Shown here piece by piece: positions 17,915 to 26,434 of a stretch of 64,000 nt of DNA. Source of the stretch: an uncultured bacterium. GTDB lineage: Bacteria > Edwardsbacteria > AC1 > EtOH8. The notes under the pieces are model-generated. The model was not told the DNA's origin. It ran no database searches and was given only the letters and a program-made list of their open reading frames with translations. How positions within the stretch are numbered: position 1 is the stretch's first letter; every line of letters begins with the position of its first letter. Made by a program: the position numbers and the translations under genes. The stretch is taken from positions 60,518 to 124,517 of the forward strand of contig CAZFJC010000004.1 in the NCBI GenBank assembly GCA_964518765.1. Reading direction: 5' to 3'.

Positions 17915-18481
17915 ATGGCCTTCGAGCAGGAAGATTCCATACTGGTCGGACGCTGTCTCTCCGGCGACAATTCCGCCTTCGACAGGCTTATCAGCCGGTA
18001 CAAAAGACAGGTTTTTACCGTCATCTACCGCATGGTGCGCAATCCGGCCGATGCCGATGACCTGGCCCAGGACACCTTCATCAAGGCCTACCGGGCCCTC
18101 TCATCCTATGATCCCAAATACCCGTTCATCACCTGGCTTTTCAAGATCGCCCACAATACGGCCATCGACCACCTGCGCGCCAACAGGGCCCAAATCCTAT
18201 CCATGGACGACGAGGATAGCCCGGTGGAGGATGAATGCGCCGACGAGAAGCTGATGGATTCGATCGACGGCCTGTCGGATAAGTCAATGATCGAGAAGGC
18301 CTTATCTGCCTTGCCGGCCACCTATAGGGAGATTTTAACCCTCAGGCACCAACAGGAATTCTCTTATGCCGAGATCTCGCAGATCTTGGGGTTACCCGAG
18401 GGAACGGTGAAGATTCGTCTTTTTCGGGCTCGCAACATGATGAAGGACAAATTGTTGGCCTTGGGATATCTGGGAGCTTGA
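17915..18481 (+). CDS. ECF RNA polymerase sigma factor (SigW/RpoE-like)
   Basis: DADDLAQDTFIKAY, WLFKIAHNTAIDHLR, FSYAEISQILGLPEGTVKIRLFRAR. Confidence 0.95.
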   Translation: MAFEQEDSILVGRCLSGDNSAFDRLISRYKRQVFTVIYRMVRNPADADDLAQDTFIKAYRALSSYDPKYPFITWLFKIAHNTAIDHLRANRAQILSMDDEDSPVEDECADEKLMDSIDGLSDKSMIEKALSALPATYREILTLRHQQEFSYAEISQILGLPEGTVKIRLFRARNMMKDKLLALGYLGA

Positions 18482-18509
18482 TGAAACTTTTGCCTATTCA
18501 CCACGTATT
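18482..18509 (+). promoter_or_regulatory. ECF (SigW-consensus) promoter between sigma and anti-sigma
   Basis: TGAAAC-N16-CGTATT starting one base after the sigma stop codon. Confidence 0.65.
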
Positions 18510-18528
18510 ACTAAGTGAAGGAACAAAG

Positions 18529-19107
18529 ATGACCTGCGAACAGATAAAAGACTCCCTGCAGGGTTTGATGGACGGCACCCTGAGCCAGGGGGAAAAGGTT
18601 TTCGTCAAGCGGCACCTGAAATCCTGCCCCTCCTGCCTGAACGAGTTCCGCCTTCTGCGCCAGATCTCCTCCAGCCTTTCCCGGCTGCCTGTATACGAGC
18701 CCGGGCCTGATTTCAACCGGAGCGTTTTCCATCGTTTGGGGCTCGAATACCGGCCCTACCGCCAGCCCGTCTGGATCAGGCTGGCCATGGCTGCTGGCAC
18801 CAGTCTGGCCCTGTTCTGGCTGGCCGCTTTGGCCGTGGCCCTGCCGACGCTGCTTGTCGGCTCCAAGGCCTACAAGCTGGCCCAATGGGTGCACCACCCG
18901 GAACGGATTCTCTCAGCGCTTCAGGCCGCAGTTGTGGAAACAGGTTTGTCGCTTTACCAGACCTTTGCTTTCGCCGCCAAGGCCTCCGGCTGGCTCCTAA
19001 AGTTGTCGGCCCTGCCCGCCCAGCTGGCCGTGGCCAGCCTGCTGGCCTTCGGTCTGATCCTTTTAGCCTTCAAGGGGCTTAAGCCCGGAATAATTCTGTC
19101 GAAATAA
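18529..19107 (+). CDS. Zinc-finger (zf-HC2/ZAS) membrane anti-sigma factor
   Basis: MTCEQI...HLKSCPSC, two hydrophobic segments. Confidence 0.88.
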   Translation: MTCEQIKDSLQGLMDGTLSQGEKVFVKRHLKSCPSCLNEFRLLRQISSSLSRLPVYEPGPDFNRSVFHRLGLEYRPYRQPVWIRLAMAAGTSLALFWLAALAVALPTLLVGSKAYKLAQWVHHPERILSALQAAVVETGLSLYQTFAFAAKASGWLLKLSALPAQLAVASLLAFGLILLAFKGLKPGIILSK

Positions 19108-19129
19108 ACCATTCTATAAGGAGAAAAGT

Positions 19130-20278
19130 ATGCGCACCGACAGTGGGAAAAGCAAAGTGGCGGCCGCGGCCATCGCCCTTCTAGCCGCCGTCTTCACGGC
19201 CGGCCCGGCCTGTGCCCAGCCGGAGAAGATCGACGTCAAGGTGGGCGGGAAGTCTCTGGCGGTGGAATCCAAGGACGTCCACGTCGGCGATGTCTACGTG
19301 GCCTCCAGCGACACCTTCAGCGGCGATCTGGTGGCCAAAAGCGGCACGGTGACGGTCGACGGGGTGGTGGACGGAGATTGCGTCAACTTCGGCGGGTCCA
19401 TGGTGATAAACGGCCAGGTGCTGGGCGTAGCCGCCGTGTTCGGCGGCCCGGTCCAGGTGAACGGCAGCATCGAGGAGGACCTGGCGGCCTTCGGCGGGCC
19501 GGTCACCGTTTCCGGAAAGGTGGGCGGCGAGCTGGCCTCGTTCGGCGGCCCGGTCAAGCTTCTGGCCACAGCCGTGGTGGACGGTGACATTTCGGTCATG
19601 GGCGCCCAGGTGGAGCGTTCGGACAGCGCCCAGGTAAAGGGCGAGATAACAAACATCAGCCTGGGGATGATGAACCGCTTCCTGCCGGGCGCGGTCAGCG
19701 TCGTCCAGACGAAGACTCCACTCCTGAGGCTCACCCGGTTCTTCATCGCCCTGGCCTGGGTGGCGGCCTCGGCTCTGCTGGTGTTGTTGACCGCCCTCTT
19801 CTTCCCCCGCAGCGTCGAACGCATCGCCCGGGCGGTGGAGCTGGACATCTGGAAGTCGGTGGGCGTGGGCCTACTGGCCCAGGTGGCGGTCATCCCCGGC
19901 ATCATCTTGATGGCCATCTCCATCCTGGGCATCCCGCTCATACCCCTGGCCATTCTGGCCTTTATCGCGGCCGCCATCCTGGGCTTCGCCGGATTCTGCC
20001 TGTTGGCCGCCCAGAGGCTTTTCGCCGCCTGGCGCCGGCCGGCCGCAGGTATCGTGCCCCTGGTCATGATAGGATTTCTGGCCCTGAACGCGCTTCTTCT
20101 GGCCGGACACCTGATCAACATCCCCGGCGCGCCGTTCAACATTCTGGGCTGGATACTGGTTATCGCTAACTTTTCGTTGCTGTGGTTCGCCTCCACCGTC
20201 GGGCTGGGCGCGGTCTGGTCCACCCGGTTCGGCTCCCGCGACGAAACGGCGCCGACGGCCCCGGTGGCCAAGGCCTAG
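19130..20278 (+). CDS. Exported bactofilin-like beta-helix domain plus multi-TM anchor
   Basis: Signal peptide, repeated FGG.V...G.V.GD units, then about 5 TM helices. Confidence 0.8.
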   Translation: MRTDSGKSKVAAAAIALLAAVFTAGPACAQPEKIDVKVGGKSLAVESKDVHVGDVYVASSDTFSGDLVAKSGTVTVDGVVDGDCVNFGGSMVINGQVLGVAAVFGGPVQVNGSIEEDLAAFGGPVTVSGKVGGELASFGGPVKLLATAVVDGDISVMGAQVERSDSAQVKGEITNISLGMMNRFLPGAVSVVQTKTPLLRLTRFFIALAWVAASALLVLLTALFFPRSVERIARAVELDIWKSVGVGLLAQVAVIPGIILMAISILGIPLIPLAILAFIAAAILGFAGFCLLAAQRLFAAWRRPAAGIVPLVMIGFLALNALLLAGHLINIPGAPFNILGWILVIANFSLLWFASTVGLGAVWSTRFGSRDETAPTAPVAKA

Positions 20279-20302
20279 CCTTTTTGACTTAACGGCATGA
20301 AG

Positions 20303-20331
20303 AAAGCTCTCCGCCGAAGGCGGGGAGCTTT
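20303..20331. terminator. 13-bp hairpin, weak terminator or mRNA stabiliser
   Basis: AAAGCTCTCCGCC-GAA-GGCGGGGAGCTTT. Confidence 0.55.
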
Positions 20332-20357
20332 GCCCAGCTGCAAAGAAGGAGCCTGTC

Positions 20358-21701
20358 ATGCAGAGGAGAATATCAACGATAATTACGGCTTTGGCCCTGG
20401 CGGTCCTTTTGCCGGTCCGTCTCATCGCCGATGATACGGCTTTCAACCGCTCGGTGCCGGTGACCGCCAACACCACCATCAGGCTGGACTGCCGCGTGGC
20501 CAAGTTGAGCCTAACCGACGGGCAGGGCCAGGACTTGGTTATCTCGTCCAGCGGATCGCCGGAGCCGGTGATTTCCATCTCCGAATCGCTGGTTACCGTA
20601 ACCGTCCCGGAGCCCGAGCTCAAACGGCGCGGCCCGGAGCTGAAGATCTCCCTGCCGCGTCTGGCCAGCATCCGAGTCGACATCGATGTCGGTAACCTGG
20701 ACATAGTCGGCCTGGCCGGCCGGCTGGAGGCCAAGGTCGGGGTCGGAGATGTATCCCTGTCGGGCGTCTCCGGCCAGGTATTGGTCCGGACCGGCACCGG
20801 CAACATCAGGGCCAGCTGGGCGGCCGGCCAGGAGTTACCCGACCAAAGCAGGCTTACGGCCGGCATTGGCGACATCCGGGCGGCGCTTCCTTCTGATGCC
20901 GATTTGAGGATTGCGGCTGAGACCGGCCTGGGCAGCATCCGCGGCCTTGGGCAACAAGGGAACGGCGATGGCCCCCGCACATTGTTCCTTTCAACCGGCA
21001 TCGGAGACATTCGGGTCAGTCGGGATGGAAACGGCGATGAGACATTGCCCGGAGACCGCTGGCGTGAGCGCCGTCATCAGCCTGCCCGAGGGATCTACGG
21101 AGGCGGTGGCGGCTTTTTCGTGTCCTGGCCGGACCGCTCCTACCGTGATATCAACGCCGCCACCTCGGGCCACGGCTACCCGGCTGTGAAGAAAGAGAGC
21201 TATGCCTGGGGAGGCGAGGGCTATGCCCAGTTCAACAGGTTCCGCATAGGCGGCATGGGCTGGGGGAACCAAATCGAATCACGTTCTTCCTTATCTGACA
21301 CCATAAGGTACACTACATGTAACTATAGTTTCGGAGGCCTTACCCTAGAATACGTGGTGCTCAGGTCTTCTCGGGCCGATCTCTCCCTGGGCGCCATGCT
21401 GGGCGGCGGGGGCTCGGAGATCAAGCTGGCCAAGGCTAGGAAATCCGATATCACCTGGGACGAGGCGGCCGCTTTAGAGGATTATCGCGAGGTGGCGCTC
21501 AAAGCCTCCGGTTTGGCGGGCATGCCCTTGGCCAGGTTCAAGTTAAGGCTCCTGAGCTGGCTGTCCCTGCAGGGCCAGGCCGGCTATCTCTATTACCGGG
21601 CTGATGATTGGAGATATCGGGATGACGAGGATCTGTTCAATCCCCCGCGATTAGACGCATCCGGCTGGACCTTCGCCGTCGGGCCGCATATCGGATTTTA
21701 A
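20358..21701 (+). CDS. DUF4097-like beta-strand-repeat domain fused to a C-terminal outer-membrane barrel
   Basis: Signal peptide; repeated D.G.GD/N.. units; aromatic-rich barrel-like C-half ending PHIGF. Confidence 0.7.
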   Translation: MQRRISTIITALALAVLLPVRLIADDTAFNRSVPVTANTTIRLDCRVAKLSLTDGQGQDLVISSSGSPEPVISISESLVTVTVPEPELKRRGPELKISLPRLASIRVDIDVGNLDIVGLAGRLEAKVGVGDVSLSGVSGQVLVRTGTGNIRASWAAGQELPDQSRLTAGIGDIRAALPSDADLRIAAETGLGSIRGLGQQGNGDGPRTLFLSTGIGDIRVSRDGNGDETLPGDRWRERRHQPARGIYGGGGGFFVSWPDRSYRDINAATSGHGYPAVKKESYAWGGEGYAQFNRFRIGGMGWGNQIESRSSLSDTIRYTTCNYSFGGLTLEYVVLRSSRADLSLGAMLGGGGSEIKLAKARKSDITWDEAAALEDYREVALKASGLAGMPLARFKLRLLSWLSLQGQAGYLYYRADDWRYRDDEDLFNPPRLDASGWTFAVGPHIGF

Positions 21702-21719
21702 AAACGTGGAAAATGGCGC

Positions 21720-21767
21720 TTGACAAAAGCGCTGTTTTCTTGTATAATAACTTTGTTTTGTAAAGTT
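21720..21767 (+). promoter_or_regulatory. Consensus sigma70 promoter with overlapping palindromic operator
   Basis: TTGACA-N17-TATAAT followed by AACTTT-N7-AAAGTT (21749-21767). Confidence 0.75.
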
Positions 21768-21794
21768 CTCTGTTATCTTAAGGAGACGTTGAAC

Positions 21795-22424
21795 ATGGAT
21801 CCCAAGACCGCACAGGAGAATCTGGCCTTCATTCGCAATATCATCGCCGACAGCCGCCGGATGGCTGTAGACATCGGTCTGGATTACATCGTCTGGGGCC
21901 TTTTGGTCTCCGCCGGCATGTTCGCCACTGTCGCGCTGGAGATGCTGAAGATGCAGGGCCATGTCTACCTCTGGCTCTGGATCGCCGTCATGGGCTGCGG
22001 CTGGGCGTTTTCGCTGGCGCGGCAACTGAAGAAAAAATCAACCCAAGCCGTCCACACCCTGTCCGGCTCCATCCTCAAATCCCTCTGGCTATCGTGCGGG
22101 ATCGTCATCATGCTTTTCATCTTCGTGGGCGGCCCGCTTCTGCGGCAGAGCCTTACCCCGGCCATCGCCGCGGTGCTGGGCATCGGCTACCTGGTTTCCG
22201 GGAGGCTGCTCGATTTCACCTATTTTAAGATATCTGCCATCGCGTTCTGGGTCGGTTCGGCCGCCATGTTTTATCTGAAGAGCCAGTCGGGACAAGCTCT
22301 TTTTACCGGCATCCACGCCGACATTCTTCTCTTCGCCGTGATGCTGGTGCTGTTCCAGACCCTGCCGGGCATCATCCTCTACCGCCGCTGGCGCCGGGGG
22401 CAGGGGGAAACGTCCCGTGCCTGA
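21795..22424 (+). CDS. Hypothetical multi-pass membrane protein
   Basis: SD AAGGAG before ATG 21795; A.ENL.FIR.II opening; about 6 TM segments. Confidence 0.85.
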   Translation: MDPKTAQENLAFIRNIIADSRRMAVDIGLDYIVWGLLVSAGMFATVALEMLKMQGHVYLWLWIAVMGCGWAFSLARQLKKKSTQAVHTLSGSILKSLWLSCGIVIMLFIFVGGPLLRQSLTPAIAAVLGIGYLVSGRLLDFTYFKISAIAFWVGSAAMFYLKSQSGQALFTGIHADILLFAVMLVLFQTLPGIILYRRWRRGQGETSRA

Positions 22425-22713
22425 TTTCGATTACACCCAACTGGACGACATCATCCACTCCCGCATCCGGCTGGCGGTGATGGCTGTCCTGGTGGGGGTG
22501 GAGGCAGCCGAGTTCACCTTCCTGCGCGACAAGGTGGGAGCCACCGACGGCAACCTCTCGGTACACCTCAAGAAGCTGGAGGACGCCGGATACGTCACGG
22601 TAGACAAGCGCTTCGTTGACCGCAAGCCGGTGTCCTCCTACAGACTTACCGCCAAGGGAAGGAAGGCTTTTGAATTGTATGTTGAAAGACTGGAAAGAAT
22701 AATCCATATATAA
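22417..22713 (+). CDS. Winged-helix transcriptional regulator (MarR/ArsR-like)
   Basis: IIHSRIRLAVM, ATDGNLSVHLKKLEDAGYV, YRLTAKGRKAF. Confidence 0.9.
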   Translation: MPDFDYTQLDDIIHSRIRLAVMAVLVGVEAAEFTFLRDKVGATDGNLSVHLKKLEDAGYVTVDKRFVDRKPVSSYRLTAKGRKAFELYVERLERIIHI

Positions 22714-22723
22714 AGGAGAAAAA

Positions 22724-23818
22724 ATGCGACTAATTTTTGTTTTTCTTCAGCTCCTTGTATTATTTTGGCCGTTTTTTTCCCATGCCGATGCCTGCTCCAC
22801 CTTCCTGTTAGAGCGCGGCGACACCCTGCTGGTCGGCCATAACCTGGACGAGTACTCTCCAATGCCTGGCCTTATCATCGCCAATCCCCGCGGTGTGGCC
22901 AAGCACGGCATCGGCTGGGGCGGCTTTTTCAATCCCCTGAGCAAGGCCAAACCGGAGCTGAAATGGGTCAGCCGATACGGGTCGCTCACCTATAACGCCT
23001 TCGGCAAGGAGTTCCCCGACGGGGGTATGAACGAGGCCGGGCTTTATATAGGAGAGATGACCTATTGGTTCACCGAGTACCCTAATGGTAAGGGCCTAGT
23101 CCGCCTCTACCACCATCACTGGATCCAATACCTGTTGGACAACTTCGCCACGGCGGACGAGGTGCTGGCTAACCTATCTGAGGTGGTGCCCGAAGGCCAC
23201 TGTCGCTGGCAGTTTTTCATCGCCGACTCCTCAGGCGCCGCGGCCACCATCACTTTCGTCAAGGGTAGGGCCGTCATCAACACCGGGGACTCGCTGCCGG
23301 TCAAGGCGCTGTGCAACCGGCGCTATGCCCGGGAGATAGACACTCTACGGCTCTACCAAGGGTTCGGCGGCTTCCGCACCATGGACTTCTCCGATACCTC
23401 CGACGACCGGCGCTTCGTCCGGGCGGCGGCGATGCTCAGGAACCAGGACCGGAAGGTGGGCGCTGGCGACTACGCGTTCGCGATCCTGCGGCGGCTCGAC
23501 TGGGGCAACAACAGATGGTCGCTGGTGTTCGACCTTAGAGGCCGTCGGCTGCGGTTCAACAGCGACCGGTCGCGCCGCGTCAAGTCAGTGGACTTCTCCG
23601 CGTTCGACTTTTCGCCGGCGGGACCAGCCATGGTTCTGGACATCAACCGAGATCTCGAGGGAGACGTGGCCGAATGGTTCAAGCCTTTCAGTAAATCGGT
23701 ACAGAAAGAATATATCTGCAGGATGTGGGACGGCCTCGACCTAGGTTTTTTCGGCAATTTATTGTTCAAACCGGTGATGAAAAAAAGGACGGTGGATTGC
23801 GTCGCGCATTTTGATTAA
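22724..23818 (+). CDS. Exported Ntn hydrolase (choloylglycine hydrolase/penicillin V acylase family)
   Basis: Signal peptide ending ADA then CSTF (nucleophile Cys), GHNLD, DGGMNEAGL. Confidence 0.88.
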   Translation: MRLIFVFLQLLVLFWPFFSHADACSTFLLERGDTLLVGHNLDEYSPMPGLIIANPRGVAKHGIGWGGFFNPLSKAKPELKWVSRYGSLTYNAFGKEFPDGGMNEAGLYIGEMTYWFTEYPNGKGLVRLYHHHWIQYLLDNFATADEVLANLSEVVPEGHCRWQFFIADSSGAAATITFVKGRAVINTGDSLPVKALCNRRYAREIDTLRLYQGFGGFRTMDFSDTSDDRRFVRAAAMLRNQDRKVGAGDYAFAILRRLDWGNNRWSLVFDLRGRRLRFNSDRSRRVKSVDFSAFDFSPAGPAMVLDINRDLEGDVAEWFKPFSKSVQKEYICRMWDGLDLGFFGNLLFKPVMKKRTVDCVAHFD

Positions 23819-23850
23819 CTATTATTATTCAATAAAGAAAAGGAGCCCCC

Positions 23851-24237
23851 ATCAAAATCAAATCGCCTGTCACTTTTGGCCTCGGCCTTTTACTGACGCT
23901 GTTCGGCGAAGTCAACTGCCTTCATGGCAACAATCTTATAGCAATAGTTCCGTTGGCTGTTGGCCTCTGCCTGCTCTACTTGGTTTGGAGGGGCGGACGA
24001 CGGGCCACGGTCCTCCTGGGCCACGTCATTGTCGTCAGCGGCTGCTACCTGATCACCTACGGCCTCTACCTCCTGCCCTACGCCAAGCCGGACTTGGCCC
24101 ACATCCTGGGAATGCCCCTGTTCTGGGGGCTGTTCTGCCTTTTCGGCGGCATCTGCGCCATCTACCATGGCTTCTGCAACTGCGTGATCTGCCGTGTCAG
24201 CAGGCAGCAGCCAAAGCCGTCCGCAACGGCACCATAA
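23851..24237 (+). CDS. Hypothetical membrane protein (128 aa) with ATC at the expected start
   Basis: AAGGAG-ccccc-ATC; open hydrophobic frame IKIKSPVTFGLGLLLTLFG...HGFCNC; in-frame stop at 23833 upstream. Confidence 0.6.
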   Translation: MKIKSPVTFGLGLLLTLFGEVNCLHGNNLIAIVPLAVGLCLLYLVWRGGRRATVLLGHVIVVSGCYLITYGLYLLPYAKPDLAHILGMPLFWGLFCLFGGICAIYHGFCNCVICRVSRQQPKPSATAP

Positions 24238-24247
24238 ATAGGTTTGA

Positions 24248-25013
24248 AATGTCCGCACCGATTTCGTTCGCCAGGTGGACTTCTACGTCGGGGCCTTACC
24301 GGCCTGCTATGGAAACAAGGCCTTGTCGGTGCTCGACATTAGGTATCGCGAGGGGCTCTCCGACCGGCTTCATGTCCAGGCCGACCTGGACAAAGTCGGG
24401 GCCGCCTTCGGCCTGGAGGGGGCACTGTCCCGGGGAAATTTCATGATATCCGGCCAGTGCCGTTTTCTGGGCTTGTTGGCCGAAGCTTCGGCATGACCGC
24501 CGTCTTCCGTTGATACGATTTCCAGGGCAAGGCCAAGTCCAGGCAGTACGCCGGCGGGATAACGCTCCATGCCCTGACGCACGACGGATAAGCCTCGTTG
24601 ATCCTCTCCCGCACCAGGAACACCTGGAACCAGCATATGGCTGACACCTTGGTCTGAGAACTATGGATAAATCGCTTCGCGCAGGCTATAAAACGGCGAG
24701 CTCTCGGGCGGCAACTTCCTCAAACGTCAGGGGAGCACCCCTGGGATTTCGACTACCGCCAGGTGCTGGCGCTGCTTGCCGGCTACCGCCTGGACCTCAG
24801 AAATAGGGAATGGTTTCGATCCATGCGAGGCAGACTTTGGTATAGGGTGGCCAGCCGGCTGCCCCTTCTTCCGGCCGACGAGACCTAGCTTGCCCTCAAG
24901 TGGCGCTACCTTGACGGCCGGCCCTACGCGCCGCCGACCTACCATCCGGAATGGAGGGGTGCCCCCTCGACCCCGGCCAGCAAATCAACTCGGCCAGGAT
25001 GCTGGAGTTATAG
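24248..25013 (+). pseudogene. Decayed TonB-dependent receptor remnant
   Basis: TDFVRQVDFYVGALPACYGNKALSVLDIRYREG, YDFQGKA, PWDFDYRQVL..AGYR, LKWRYLDGRPY, QINSAR; frameshifts and stops at 24511, 24589, 24655, 24886. Confidence 0.7.
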
Positions 25014-25067
25014 TTCCCGCAAGACCAGTTAAAGGCGGCGCCAGCGGCGTCGCTTTTTCCCTTCTTC

Positions 25068-25096
25068 TTGCACTCACCGCCTTGCTGGTGTATAAT
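25068..25096 (+). promoter_or_regulatory. sigma70 promoter, probably leaderless M16 peptidase mRNA
   Basis: TTGCAC-N17-TATAAT, 6 nt to ATG 25103, no SD. Confidence 0.7.
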
Positions 25097-25102
25097 AATC
25101 CT

Positions 25103-26434
25103 ATGCGATACATCATTCCATTTCTGGGCCTCCTTATCCTAGGCGGTCCCCCCAGCTGGGCATCGTCACGCAAAATCCTTCCGGTTCACGAGGACTCCCT
25201 GGCCAACGGCCTCAAGGTCCTGATCTGCGAGAAGCGGGACGTCCCGGTGGTCAGCATACAGGTCTGGTACCGGGTGGGCTCGCGCAACGAAAGTCCCGGC
25301 CTCACCGGCATCTCCCATTTCCTGGAGCATATGATGTTCAAGGGCCGGGGTGCCCCCGGGCAGTTCAACGACGAAATCCAAAAGAAAGGGGGGCGGGCCA
25401 ACGCCTTCACCAGCGACGATTACACCTGCTACCACGAGGAGATTGCCCGGGAACATTGGGAGTATGTCCTAAGCCTGGAGGCCCAGAGGATGGTCGGCCT
25501 GCAGATAGACTCGCTGGAGTTCGAGACCGAGCGTCAGGTGGTGTTGGAGGAGAGGCGTTTGAGAGAGAACAGCCCCACCAGCATGCTGTTCGAGGAGTTG
25601 GATGCCGCCGCCTACCAGCACCACCCCTATGGCTGGCCGATACTAGGCTACACCCAGGACATTGAGGCTATCACCCTGGAAGACCTCAAAAAACACTACC
25701 GTACCTTTTATCGTCCCGACAACGCCGTCTGCGTCATCGTGGGCGATATCGACCATTGTCAGGCCCTAGCTGCGGTAGCCAAGCACTTCGGCTCCATCGC
25801 CAAACCGGACTCGCCCCTTCCCCTGATGGCCAGGATCGAACCTTCCCAGAGAGGTGAGCGCCGGGTCAAGCTTAACATGCCGTCGCATAACAGTTTTTTG
25901 GCCATAGCCTTCCACACGGTGGAGATCGGCCATGGCGACAGTTATACCCTCGATGTCCTGTCCACGGCGCTGAGCGATGGCGAGAGCTCTCGCCTCCATC
26001 GGAGGCTGGTCAGGGAGCTGGGTCTGGCCGCCTATGCCGGGGGCTACAACCGGACCCGCATCGATCCCACCATCTTCACCTTCTATGCCGCCCCCGCGGT
26101 AGGTCGCAGCCTCGAAGATCTGGAGGCCGCCATCCTTGGGGAGCTGGCGGAAATAAAAGTCAACGGCCTTGCCGCTTGGGAATTGGACAAGGCCAAGAAC
26201 CAGATCGAATCCAGCCTGATATTCTCCAGGCAGAGGGCCTACAGTCTGGGGATTCAGCTCGGTTCGGCCGAGACCATGCTGTCCTGGAGATATTGGGAAA
26301 ACTATCTCGAACGGATATCATCGGTGTCCAATGAGGACATCATCCGGGTAGCATCTAGATATTTCACCCCCGTGAACCAAACAGAAGCTGTTCTGATTCC
26401 CGAACAGCCCTCCTCCGTTGGAGCCAAGCCATGA
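25103..26434 (+). CDS. M16 zinc peptidase, catalytic subunit, exported
   Basis: Signal peptide, VGSRNE..G.TGISHFLEHMMF, ANAFTS.DYT.Y, ERQVVLEE. Confidence 0.93.
   Translation: MRYIIPFLGLLILGGPPSWASSRKILPVHEDSLANGLKVLICEKRDVPVVSIQVWYRVGSRNESPGLTGISHFLEHMMFKGRGAPGQFNDEIQKKGGRANAFTSDDYTCYHEEIAREHWEYVLSLEAQRMVGLQIDSLEFETERQVVLEERRLRENSPTSMLFEELDAAAYQHHPYGWPILGYTQDIEAITLEDLKKHYRTFYRPDNAVCVIVGDIDHCQALAAVAKHFGSIAKPDSPLPLMARIEPSQRGERRVKLNMPSHNSFLAIAFHTVEIGHGDSYTLDVLSTALSDGESSRLHRRLVRELGLAAYAGGYNRTRIDPTIFTFYAAPAVGRSLEDLEAAILGELAEIKVNGLAAWELDKAKNQIESSLIFSRQRAYSLGIQLGSAETMLSWRYWENYLERISSVSNEDIIRVASRYFTPVNQTEAVLIPEQPSSVGAKP

Noticed and set aside
24776-25102. Long N-terminal extensions in the track for M16 (24776), dus (33220), membrane protein (21720), acyltransferase (54553) and TPR protein (29845)
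   Set aside because: Promoter, SD and overlap evidence support later starts; the extensions are non-protein-like or overlap other genes
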